Assembly: GCF_018977255.1 (NCBI RefSeq)
Contig: NW_024704743.1
Location: 46,130,001-46,194,000, forward strand
Source of the DNA: Callorhinchus milii
Lineage: Eukaryota
Length of the DNA: 64,000 bases
Reading direction: 5' to 3'
Position 1 is the stretch's first letter, and each line of letters opens with the position of its first letter. The position numbers and the translations under genes were made by a program. The notes beneath the pieces were generated by a model. It was not told where the DNA came from and did not search any database. It saw only the letters and a program-made list of their open reading frames with translations. Below are positions 1 to 11,749 of the stretch, piece by piece.

Positions 1-112
1 ACACAATTTCCTTTTGCAAAGATGAAACTTGATGCAAGAGAAAATACTGTACTGTACATTTTTGGCACAAGGGAAGGGAATGAAGGAGAATATGTGAGGA
101 GAATAGGAGGGC

Positions 113-210
113 TGTGGAGTGCAGTATAAATACTGGCATGGATCAGTTGGGCTGAATGGCCAGAGTCCCTGCTGTATCATTCCACGTAATTCTAGATGAT
201 TCTATGTAAA
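113..210 (+). mobile_element. CR1 LINE 3' end fragment
   Basis: 'ttgggctgaatggcc...ctgctgta...attctagatgattctatgt' resembles the CR1 3' terminus with ATTCTRTG-like repeats; similar tails at about 33800, 37950 and 47280. Confidence 0.55.
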
Positions 211-444
211 CTTAAGTATACTGGCTTCAAAATGTATTGCTGAATAAAGAAAGAGACTAATTACCAAACAGCTCCATTTAGGAGTTTTTGAAAATACACA
301 TGTCAGAATTCAGTTCACAGCTTCAGAAAATCTGTGTTGCATTAGTGGGCAGTATTCCAACCTACTCACCAAACTGGAGGGGAGGGGTGGAGGAAAATGT
401 GATGTGATAATTATTGCTGGTGAGAATATCGTCCGTGATAATTT

Positions 445-820
445 CAACAACAACAACTTGGATTTATACAGCGCCCTCCACGCCGGACGGCACCTCAGAG
501 CGCTTTACAGTAACGGATCCCGGGACCGAGCCAGGGGGAGGGGGATGAAGGTGACCAAAGGCACGGTTGAAAAGAAACGTCTTCAGCAGAGACCTGAAAA
601 TAGGAAGAGAGGAGGTGCGAGTCGAACGGAGTGAGGAAGTGAGTTCCAGAGCCTCAGGGGGTGGTAGCTGGAGCAGAGGATTCGGGGGACAAGGAGGAGA
701 CCAGACTCAGTGGAGCGAAGGCAACGGGCACTGTTGTGAGGAGAGAGGAGGTCAGAAAGGGAGGGGGGATGCAGAGGAATGGAGGGAATTGAAGACAAAG
801 GTGAGGATCTTGAAGTCGGT
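445..820 (-). mobile_element. L2 LINE 3' fragment (divergent subfamily)
   Basis: (CAA)n tail and reverse-complement stem-loop 'agcgctctgaggtgccgtccggcgtggagggcgct'; minus strand carries 'ttcaagatcctcacctttgtcttc' (FKILTFVF), the ORF2 C-terminal motif seen in other L2 copies here. Confidence 0.75.
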
Positions 821-2554
821 CCTCTCTTTCCACACCATATGTTGCGTTCCTTTCTCCCTCCGCCCCACCCTCCCTCCCCCCACACATGCACCGCTGTCAA
901 GGTTTATTGGTTGGCTCTCACCTTGGGTTGAAGGGAAGATTGAACAATGTTTTATCCCAAGCAGGTGTTCCTCCTCTGGCTAACAAAGAGGCATTGGAAG
1001 ACATGGAGGGATCTGGGGGGCAAGACAGGGATGGAGAAGGGAGGATAATAAATAACATTATAAGAGCAAATACATTAAATACTGTATATGGAAATTACCA
1101 CATTCAGAACTGTGTATTTTTTTTCCTTATTTTGAGTGCTTACAATAGATTTTCCTCAAAGTGCTCCTCTGTTTCAGTATTTTTGACTTGGTTCAGCAGT
1201 AAAAGATTACATGTTAGAAGTGATTGTGTAAACTGGAGAAGATTATTTGTGCCGTTTTAACTTCTGAATGCCTCCTCTGCATGCATAGTTTCCTAGTGAA
1301 ATCTCCGTACTAAATGGTCTAACTGTTTCTCTGTGCAGTTAATGTGCTTCAAGAGCCATCAAATCACAAACCAGACTAAATGTGATTAGACACTGTCACA
1401 GTAAATTTAGCTCTCATCTGTTACAGAAAGAATTTGGGTCAAAGGTTACTCTGTGGAGCAAAGTAGCTCTTTTAAGGTTTTTATTTGTTCTAATGGGAAA
1501 TGATAGTTAAAGTGAATCATTTACAAAGCTTTTCTCAACCGTTGACTCCTGAATTAAAAAACTAGCGGGGCTCTGTGTTTAAAATGATGCTGGAGAGCTT
1601 CCTGCTGTCAGGTTGTTAAAGAGATCAGAACACATTGAGGTCTATCATGAGCCATTTTTAGTTGTGCACTTGGATGCAGTGCAGCAATGGTGACAATCTT
1701 CTTGGCTGCTGTCTCACACCTTCTTAATCCCCCTCTGAAATTTATTGACCTGTGCCTTTTCTATGAAGTTCAGCCCCCTGTGAGCTTTCTGCTGTAAGTA
1801 GGATTGTTTAGCTATTCATAGATGCGTTTGCTTTATTTTTTGATTGGCATACTGTTATTATAGTGGGACATGATTGAAAAGCATTCAGTCTTTTTAGCCT
1901 CTGCTTGAAAAGATCAGCTTGAATAGCTTTTTTTGTGCATTTGAAACTGTTTAAATGTTCCCTCAAACATTCAGCCATTGAGAGGACTTACCATGAGAAA
2001 ATCATTGTAGTTTCTCTGGAGAAACTACAAATATCTCTGGGTGATATTTTACTCCTGGTCAGAAAAAATAATGGCTGATTAGCCATAGGGAAAAATTGGA
2101 GCTTCATGGCACATTCATGTGTTAAAAATATAAACCTCAATTTTCTACTGGTGCAAGTGCCTAGTAGCCATTTCTCAATTGTTGAATCTAGCAATTGAAG
2201 CAGTTAATTGACATTGGAAGACAATTTATCTTGGAAATCTACAGTTCTCTACCCACTCTGGGATTTTCCGAGCTTGTAACAATAGTCCGGGCAGGCACAA
2301 AGTCCATAGACAGTGTACAGAAAACTACAGCTTTAGCAGATTGTACAAGAGAATTCTGCATAAGACAATGGCATAAGAGACTTGTACTCCAAATGTAACT
2401 GGGGTTATTTTATTTGTGATGGAAATAGATGAAATGCAGTTTAGGGGTCACAAACGGAAGAACCTTTACAGGGGTCAGCAAAGACCTTCACCATCCATGA
2501 ATCTAACTGATCTTGGCATGCTTCACCCTGATAGTGTTCGTACGGATTAATAAA

Positions 2555-2925
2555 GCGGAGTCCTGTAGCATATTGGTTGCAGCACTTGCCTGGGTTTGAT
2601 TCCTGGCAGGGCAAAACATTAGGCACGTTTCCTTACTCCACACACCTCTGTTTACCTGGCAGTAAGTAGGAACCGGGTTGTTAATCGATTGGCAGATCGC
2701 TTTTCCGGGGGTAATAATCTCTTCAAAAAAATAATAATAATAAATAATAATAATTTGGTCACTCAATCCACAACTGTGGGACACTGCTGTGCGCCATTGG
2801 CTGTCTTGTTTCGCCCACAAAATGTACAGTCAATTCACTTTACAGTGTATTCTGTGAAGCACTTTGAGGCATCTCAAAGATATGATAAGGCTCTAAATCA
2901 AATGCAAGGATTATTATTATTATTG
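2555..2925 (+). mobile_element. tRNA-headed SINE, family 1 long form (tRNA + CORE-like + Deu-like 3' part + L2 tail)
   Basis: ggagtcctgtagc head, degenerate B-box, 'tttccttactccacacacctctgtttacctggcagtaagtagg', 'gtgggacactgctgtgcgccattggctg', (ATT)n tail; aligns with many other copies in the window. Confidence 0.85.
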
Positions 2926-4484
2926 TTAATGGTGGCAAATCCTAAGGTATTACACCAGAGAATTGTTGCAGTTACCAATGTCAAAATATCCACTTGGGAG
3001 GTTGAAAAATTGTTCCTCAAGAAAGCAATAATGTTATTTGATGTTGGAAAAAGCACCTTGCGGCATAAACTGTGTCTCCAGCAATGCCCCCATATATCTC
3101 AACCCAGCCTGCAAGACCTTGCTCTGACCTGCGATTGCATGACTGACGTACCTGCATTTCCCTGCTGGAGATGCAGTTTGGGCCACAAAGTACTTTTTCT
3201 GGCAGTTAGATGCCAACAATAATGGATTTCAACCTGAATACAATGATGTGAAATATTCTCAATAAGTACTCGGAATTGAAAGGATACTTTCAGAATATTC
3301 ACCCACAAAACACATAGTCAATACACATTGCAGCACATCCTGTGAAATGGCTTGAGATGCTTTCCCAATGTGAAACGCGCTATATCAAATGCAAGGACTA
3401 TTTTATTATTATTTATATCTCAGGATTTTATTTATGTTTCACAATTGTAATAATAATCACTGCATTTGATGTCCTGCTATAATATCAAAACATCTCAAAG
3501 AGACTCAAAGAGATAATTGTTTCCAATTGCAGATCTAAATTGCTGAGTAATTTGTTACACTGTTACACTGTTACTCTGTTTGATACACTACCCAATGTAC
3601 TTCTGTCTGTTCTCATTGGAAAAGTGTAACATTAAAGAAGACTTGTCTTTGACCACTGGCGCTAAAGTGTTTTGGCACAGATGCTTCCAAGTACCAGCAT
3701 TTGCTAGTAATAAGGGCAGCGTCTTGGGCGCTTAGTGTAGCTTGCGTATTTTGCATCCAAATACTGGATGAAGCTGGTAAACAGGACATCTGTTGGCCGA
3801 ACAGGGTCACCTGAGAGCATTTCTGAAACTCTGAGTGAGCCACACTCTGCAAAATGTGCATGAGGCAAAACAATTGAGGTCAAACCATGGCTCGGAACGA
3901 AGAAGAAGAAATCAATGTCACAGCACACCAGTGTTTGAGGAACAAAAAACACTTCTTATAATCACACACAATTGTTGGAGTGTGTTTTGTGCAAAGAAAG
4001 GCTTGTACAAGGTGATTTCTTATTCACGATCCTAAAAGTTGTAAATTACTTGAACCTTAACATGTTTAACATAGATCTAAATGATATCTAAACTTTTACA
4101 CAAAGCGGTACAGGCTGAAGCTCAGAATAGAGAAGGTGAACAGCCAGTATGGATTGAATTATGCAAAGATTGTGTGACTACTTAGGGAGCCAATGGAGGT
4201 GATTTTGTTGGTAGATTCTAAAGGCAATTACCTAACTATTTTTTCAAATTATCAAGCCCATCAGAGTAAGACATGGAGTAGTGTAACTTTATATTTTTGT
4301 TTGGCCAGCTGGACAGCAATGGCCATTTCTGATCTTAAATATACTTACATTCTTCTATCACAGTTTATTCCAGCAGATTGTAGAAATAATAAAGGCACAT
4401 ATTATAGAGATAAGGCCAGAAAGAATCACTCCTGTTCTTTGATAGTTTTGACTAAGGTGTGAGAGAGGTTTCTATTGTGCACTA

Positions 4485-4850
4485 AGTCCTGTAGGTTAAT
4501 GATTAGAGCACTCGCTTTGCAAGCAGGAAGACCCAGGTTCGATTCCCGGGGAGGGTGAAAGTTTCCTTACTACACATGCCTCTGTTTACCTAGCATTAAA
4601 TGGGAACCCGGTTGTTAGTCAATTGGCGGATTGCTTTTTCGGGGGTAATAATCCCTTCACAAAAATAAATAAATAATAATAATTATTTGGTTACTCAATC
4701 CACAACTGTTTGTGGGACACTGCTATGTAATTGGCCGCCGCGTTTCGACCACAAAATATGTAGTCAATTCACTTTACAGTATATTTGGTGAAGTGCTTTG
4801 AGACATCTCGAAAACGTGATGAGGCACAATATCAAATGCAAGGTTTTTTT
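4485..4850 (+). mobile_element. SINE family 1 long form
   Basis: Head with 'ggttcgattcc' B-box and the same body and tail as 2555-2925. Confidence 0.85.
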
Positions 4851-5479
4851 GTCTAAATTGTGCAGAATGTAACATACAGTAATAATTTTATAGACTTTAA
4901 TAGTATAATATTGCAGTTTACCCTTTGGGATGTCCAAAGAATTATTGCTTTAAGACTAAATGTGTCTGTAATAAGATGTATAACACTGCGTGCCATTTCT
5001 ATATCCATCTGTTGATTCACACAGTTATCATTAAGATGGTGCTGGGGTATATCCCTTTTCACTAGTTCATGGCCACCCGAGCATTTTTGAATAGAAGATG
5101 CACTTAAACTTTACGTGGGTCAGGACAGCAACATTTAACATGCCAGAAAGAATCACCCCTGTTCCTTGTTGTACAAATGTTCTCATGGTATCAACAACAA
5201 CAAGGACGACAACTTGCATTTATATTGTATCCTTCATGCAGGGTAGCATCTTGTAATGCTGAGATATGATATACAATTTATAGATTTGCAAATTTGGACT
5301 GTAATTGCAGGTGCATCCTGTCATGGAAATCCAGCAATATTAAAGCAATTGTCGGATGTTTTACCTGATAGTGCACTGTTTTACCAGATTTGGTATTTGT
5401 AATACGTTAGAATACAAAGCATTGCTTTACCATGTGATTCCAGTTTCTGGCAAATAAAGTAATTTAACATAACAACATT

Positions 5480-5804
5480 TAATAATAATAATAATAATAA
5501 TCCTTGCATTTGATATAGCGCTTTTCACGTCGGGAGGACTTCCCAAAGCGCTTCACAGAACACACTGTAAAGTGAATTGACTGTATATTTGTGGGCGAAC
5601 GCGGCAGCCAATTGCGCACAGCAATGTCCCACAAACAGTCGTGGATTGAAAATGACCAATTTATTATTGTTTTTTGGTTTTGGAGGGATTATTATTAGGC
5701 GTGTGGAGTAAGGAAACTTGCCCAAGGTTTCGCCCTGCCTGGAATTGAACTCAGGTCTCTAGCTTGCAAAGCGAGTGCTCAACCACTGAGCTACAGGACT
5801 CCAC
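5480..5804 (-). mobile_element. SINE family 1 short (young) form
   Basis: Near-exact reverse complement of 50073-50395; (AAT)n tail at left, 'ctacaggactccac' head at right. Confidence 0.9.
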
Positions 5805-6313
5805 AATCCACATAATGGATTGCTTTGGTAGGTTGTTAACATCTAATACATTGTTCAACAGTGAAATATAACTAACTTGTTTGTGTATATTTTGGGTATG
5901 AGTTTATGCTGAGTGGATACTGCAAATTATTTTGTAATGATGCAAATACATGAAGAACAATGCAGTGAGTACTTTGGACTCCAGTTCAAATGACACTTAC
6001 ATTCCTCTTTGGAAAGCTAGTTATATTCATAATGTAATTACCCCTATAGTTGGTATTATAAATGTTTGAAACAAAAATAGAAATGGAAAAAATCTTGATA
6101 GATTTGAACTGGGTTGATAAAAAACACCTTCAGCCTTACTGAAGTGCATCTTTTTTGTAGCCTTTCACACAGTATTTTCCTCGGTTTGGTGCATGTTGGT
6201 TTATTAACCTCACTATGAGCTGATTTACTGCTTTACTCTGCATTCTTCTGATTGGTAACACTTAGTGGAAAATTGTGACTTATTTGCTAATTGGGTGGAT
6301 TCCTTTTTTAAAG

Positions 6314-6364
6314 GTCATAACAGCCGATACGGAGAAATCTCATTTGACTACCTTCGAAGTACAG
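6314..6364 (+). CDS. Candidate 51-nt internal exon of an unidentified gene
   Basis: ttcctttttttaaag acceptor-like context and CAG/gtaggg donor; length 3n; two open readings, (G)HNSRYGEISFDYLRST or VITADTEKSHLTTFEVQ; non-repetitive context. No homologue recognised. Confidence 0.35.
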
Positions 6365-6909
6365 GTAGGGAATGTGATTTTTGAGCTCAGTTTTTTTTAA
6401 AACATATTTAGAATGATTTAGAAGCTATATTAAAAGAAAGTGCCACCACTGCAATTAAAGGAATTGTGTTTATTGATATCATGGTATTTAACAAGAGGCA
6501 CCATTTCAGGGTTTAAATTGAATCCAAGCATTTCTGCAATATGCTATTTTAAATTTTGTTGCATAATGTGAATGCCTGAAACTGCCAGCAGGTTGCATGT
6601 TGAGTTTAGAGATGGCATCAGAAGAGATGAGTGCTGCACTTAGAGAATTATTACACACAAGAATGTTAAATGCAAATTGTAACAATGGGGAGCATTGCCG
6701 ATGTGATGATAAACCATCAGTTAACTATTGAAGTTACTAACATCTGTGATTTCAGTGTTTTCAGGAGAAAGTGAAAAGGAAAGAGCACATTTGTATAGAT
6801 GTAGCAAATTTAATTTTATCGCTGTTAAATGTAATTCTTTTTAAGTCACATGACTATAGCACTCGTTTATTTTTCTGGTAGCAACTGTTTTATTTTGGTG
6901 GAAACATTT

Positions 6910-9900
6910 CATCTCCCTGTCCCTTCTCCCCACTCTGCGCTGTCTCCTCTAACCCCCTGCAGTCTCCATGCCTGGAGGCTGATTGCTCTGCCTCCAGTCT
7001 CGGCGTGTGTGTTACGGCTGCTGCCCACGACCCGAACTGCTCCAAGATGCCCCCATCCCTGTCCTCTACCCTGCATCACTCTCGCTTTGTCCTCCTCTCC
7101 CTCCGTCCTCGTTGCCTTGTATCCCCACTTGACCATCCCACAGCCTTCCTCTGCTCCAGACTGAGAATCCTCCGTCAGACTCACTGTGGCACTCACCATT
7201 GGCTGTCCAGCAGCAGATACATTGACTGCCCCATCTCTCATCATTGCCGTAAGGCTCACTGGCCCTAGACCCTAGGGGCTAACCTCTCCTCCCTCATCCA
7301 TATTTCCATCCTCCCTGCCAATCCATCCCCTCTTGTCTCGCACATTCTTCTGCCAACCACCCCCGATAAACTAGCCCTACAAAATGTCTGCTCCCCTTCC
7401 AACAAGCCCTTGCCGTCTACGACCTCATTGTTGATGGAAACATTGATATCCTGACCCTCACAGAAACCTGGATCACCCCAGGCGACAGCTTCCCCTGAAC
7501 TGACGCCACAACACCCGGCTATACCTTCCACCATACCCCACAACATAAACACCGTGCTAGCGATGTGGCTCATTTCCCAAGTCCTCACTTGCCCTATCCC
7601 TCTACTCCTCCGGTTCATTCCCCTCCTTCGAGCACCTGACCCTCTAACATCCCTTCAATTTTTCCCTAAAAATCCCCCTTGTTTATTGTCCCCCCAAACC
7701 CTCCCCCACCTTTGTCTTTGACATCTCCTCCCTCCTAGCTTCCCTCTGCCTCTGTTCTGAATGCCTCCTCATCCAAGGCGACTTCAATGAACACTTCACC
7801 ATCTCTTGCTCTATCTCCACTGACTTCTCCTCACCCCTCTTATCTTACCACCTCTCCTTCCACATCCACTCTGCCACCCACGTTCATGGCCACCCTCTTG
7901 CCCTGGTTATTACCTGGGGCTTCAGCTTCTCAGACCTCACCATCACCAACAAAGCCATCTCGGACCATTACTTAATTTCCTTTAACTCCTCCCCACCCCC
8001 ACCCAATCCACCTCCATCTCGTACTGTCACTGGAAAAAAATAACCCCCTCCATCTCCGCTGCCCTGGAGTCATCTGAACTCCTCCCCTTCTGGGTTTCCT
8101 CCTGCACCGACCTATCCTCCTTGGTCACTTTCCTCTACAACTCCACCTCCGCCTCTCTTGATGCCCTTACCATCCTCACCTCCTGAACTGCCTCCTACTC
8201 ACACAAGTCATCCGTCACCTTCGCTCCCTTAAGGCTCAAGTGCAGGCCGCTCAAATCTAATTTAACGGTACATTCGCCGATCTGGCTGGACCACATCAAA
8301 ACTTAGAGCTCTGTCCTCACTCCCACCCTCGCTATCCTCCACTGGCTCCCCATCCCCCAGAGGATCGAATTCAAGATCCGCACCCTCACCTACAAGGCCA
8401 TTCACGGCCTTGCTCCCTCCTACCTCTCTGACCTACTATCCCACTACCTACCTGCCTGTACCCTCCGTTCCTCTGGCTCCGGTCTGCTCCACATCCCCCG
8501 CCCCAACCGCCCTACCATCGGTGGCCGGGCCTTCAGCCTCTCAGCCCCTAGGCTCTGGAACTCTATCCCCCAGTGCCTTCGCCGCCTCCTCCCTTTCCTA
8601 GCTTCAAGGCCGGTCTAAAGACCTTTCTCTTTGACTGTGCTTTCAGCTCCCCTCTCAACTCTCTACCCCCTCCTCGCTCCCTCCCTTCCCTCCCCTCACC
8701 CTGACCATTTCCCCCCTGCTCGGGTCCTGACCCAACTGTACAGCGCCTTGGGACGTCCTCCCGACGTGAAAGGCGCTCTATAAATGGAATCTTGTTGTTC
8801 ACTAAATCATCCTTCTACAATAAAGCCTTGGAGGCCATGGACAACCCAGGCTCCTCTTCTCCACCACAAACTGGCTCTTTTGCTCATGCTCTCATGCCTC
8901 ACCCATCCTCTTCTCCAACTCCAACTGCGAGGAGATGCTGGACTTCCTAAAGACGAAAATTGAGTGGATCCACTCAGCCGCCTCTACCCTTCCAACCGCT
9001 ACCAACTGCCCTTCCCTCCGCATCTCCCCCTCACACCCAGGCTCCTACCCATTCCTCCCTCCACACCTTCGAACCCGTCTCCCGTTTTTCCCTCACCACA
9101 ATTATAACCCACATGAAACCCACCACCTGCTCCCTCAACCCCGTCCCTACCCCTCTTTTTATCGCCCAGCTCCACCTCCTTGCTACTCTACTTGCAAACG
9201 TAATCAACTTCTCCTTGTCCAGTGGCACCATTCCCACCCCTTAAAAATAACCATCATAACCCCTATCCGCAAAACACCTTTCTTGGACCCATCTCTGCTC
9301 TCAAATTACTGCCCCATCTCCAAACTCTCTTTCCATTCCAAGATTCTGAATGAATTGTTGCTACCCAACCTTGTTCCTTCCTCTCCTGCCACTCCCTGTA
9401 TGAACCCCTCCAATCGGACTACCGTTCTCCCCACAGCACAGAAACAGCGTTGGCTAAAGTGACAAATGACATCTTGTCAATCTGTGACCAGGACTCCCTC
9501 TGTCTCCTCGTGCTCCTTGACCTCTTTGCTGCTTTGGCACAGTTGACCATTCTATCCTCCTCCACTGTCTCTCCTCTCATCTCAATCTTCATGGTTCTGT
9601 CCCTGACTGGTTCAGATCCTAACTTTCACACAGTCTCCACTTTGTCTCCACAAACGGCTTCTCTTCCAGCCTCCCCCTATTGTCTTGTGAAGTTCCTCAG
9701 GGCTCTCTCCTTGGTCCTCTCCTCTTCAACTTGTACATGCTCCCTCTTGGTGAAATCATCTGCAGATATGGGGTCAACTTCCACATGTATGCGGATGACA
9801 CCTAACTATATCTCTCCACCTCCACCTTCAACTCCATGACCACTGCTGTCCTGACAGAATGTCTGTCAGACATGAAGTCCTGGGTGAGAGCCAACTTTCT

Positions 9901-10536
9901 ACAGTTGAACATCAACAAGACCGAGGCTCTCCTGATTGGCTCCCGGCAGTGCCTCCACACCTCAGGCACTGACAGCATCACCATCCACCGATTCACACTC
10001 CACCTTACTAAGCCAGTCCGGAATTTGGTGTCTTGTTTGACCATCAACTGTCCTTTCTACCACCACCACCACCACCAACAACAACAACAAGATTCCATTT
10101 ATAGAGCGCCTTTCACGTCGGGAGGATGTCCCAAGGCACCTTCAAGGCCTTCCATTGCTTTGTTCCTTCCTACCTCTGTGACCTGCTAACTCCATATCAA
10201 CCTATCTGCTCCCTCTGCTCAGCAGGCTCTGGCCTGCTCCAGGACCCTGCCCCACCCGCCCCACCATCGGCGGTCGGGCCTTCAGCCTTTCTGCTTCCAC
10301 CCAATGGAACTCCATCCCTCACTCCCTTCGTCTTGCTCACTCCCTTTCCTCCTTAAATCACATCTCAAAATCCTCTTCTTCGACTGCGCATTCGGCCACC
10401 CTCTACCCTCCACCCGCCCTGCCCTCCAAACCCCTTGATCCCAACCTCTTGTTCTGGTCCAAATTCCTGACCATTACCTTGGGACATCTTCCCGACGTGA
10501 AAAACACTATAAAAATGTAATTTGTTGTTGTTGTTG
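6910..10536 (+). mobile_element. Near-full-length degenerate L2 LINE (APE endonuclease + reverse transcriptase ORF2 pseudogene)
   Basis: APE motifs (DILTLTETW near 7445-7470, GDFN near 7778), RT motifs ([36 protein letters not shown]), 3' stem-loop and (GTT)n tail at about 10480-10536; many stops and frameshifts. Confidence 0.9.
8322..8798 (+). mobile_element. Young L2 3' fragment nested inside the older L2
   Basis: Near-identical to 52735-53217; own stem-loop and tail end at about 8798, after which the host ORF2 resumes; 'tcact' flanks both sides. Confidence 0.88.
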
Positions 10537-11749
10537 ATCAGCTACCTCAGGAGAGACCTGAAATAAGACTAGGGATATTATTGGTCTGTATGGCACAGGA
10601 CCACAATAGGCAGTTGAGACGAGTATTTTTATCTTTCAAAAAATCAGCTATACAATCCAAATCAGTTATTCAACCAAGTTATACCCATGAACATTAGTGT
10701 GTGAATCCTATGGTTAATGGTGTTTTTCTGTTGCAAGACAAATCAAATGTGAAATTGATCAAATGTACAAATATGATGGAACATGTTTTGCGGTAAAACT
10801 GGGTGTAAAGCACGTTTTGTTCATGTCCCTTGTAATATTTATGGTTTTGCGTTCATACTTTAAGTTCTACTCTACGGATGGGGCTGAATCCACATCAGAC
10901 TCTTTCACATCCAGGTGCTGTCACACTAATGAAGCATCTTAATAAACTGATCCAGGCTTAAAAGTCAACAAGGGCCGGTGATTCTTGTGTACAGTAAGGA
11001 AATGTTGATGCATTTTGCAGAATCACTATATGCACCATTTTCCTAATGACTGTAGAAGTAGGTGCCCTGGAACAGAAAAATCCTTTTGGTGGGGAAGGGA
11101 AGCCTCCACACTATCACAGGTGGCATGAGACGAGTGTCAGAGTCTGTGAGATTCCGACTCTCAGGGAAACGGTGTGCAACAAAGTGTTATGGTAGTGTGT
11201 CATTTCTGAAATGAAGTGCATAGTTTAAACCTGGAGGAAGTTCTACTTCTACATGGATGATGTCAGAAAAACTTTCATTAAAAGTAAAAAGTATCCAAGT
11301 TCTGTCAAAAAGGAAGGCTTGCTGGTCTGTCAGTGATTCAAGTATCAGGCCACCAAGAGTCTACTGATATTCCATTGTCAAGTGCATCACCTTGAAGCCA
11401 TCTCAGCCCCCAAAGACTTGCCTCCTCATAAGGAGGATGGTCACTAGCTTGTTATTAGACATCTGACAAGCATAGATTTCACCCCTTGCTGCATGGAGAG
11501 GAGGTACCATGAACTTGTTTTTAATCTGCATGTTGAACATTTCCACCAGCCTCCTGCCCACAGTCTTGATACACGCCCTTAGCCATTGTGTCTTAATTCC
11601 ACCACCTGAAGGTATGAAAGTCTTTGTATACAAATCAGAGAAGGGGCAGAGACATCAATATATACGTGTATTCATAAACCCAGATCCCAGGTAACTCATT
11701 TCAGTACCTGTCATCTCAAGTCTCAGAGTTTCCTCATTTAACAAACATC

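Noticed and set aside
2689..3222. 177-aa ORF and recurring peptides such as MGKFPYST... and ...[12 protein letters not shown]...
   Set aside because: Translations of SINE copies; their recurrence reflects the repeat.
8740..8800. Recurring palindromic ~35-mer resembling a CRISPR repeat or terminator
   Set aside because: Dispersed in both orientations with no regular spacers; it is the L2/SINE 3' stem-loop in a eukaryotic genome.
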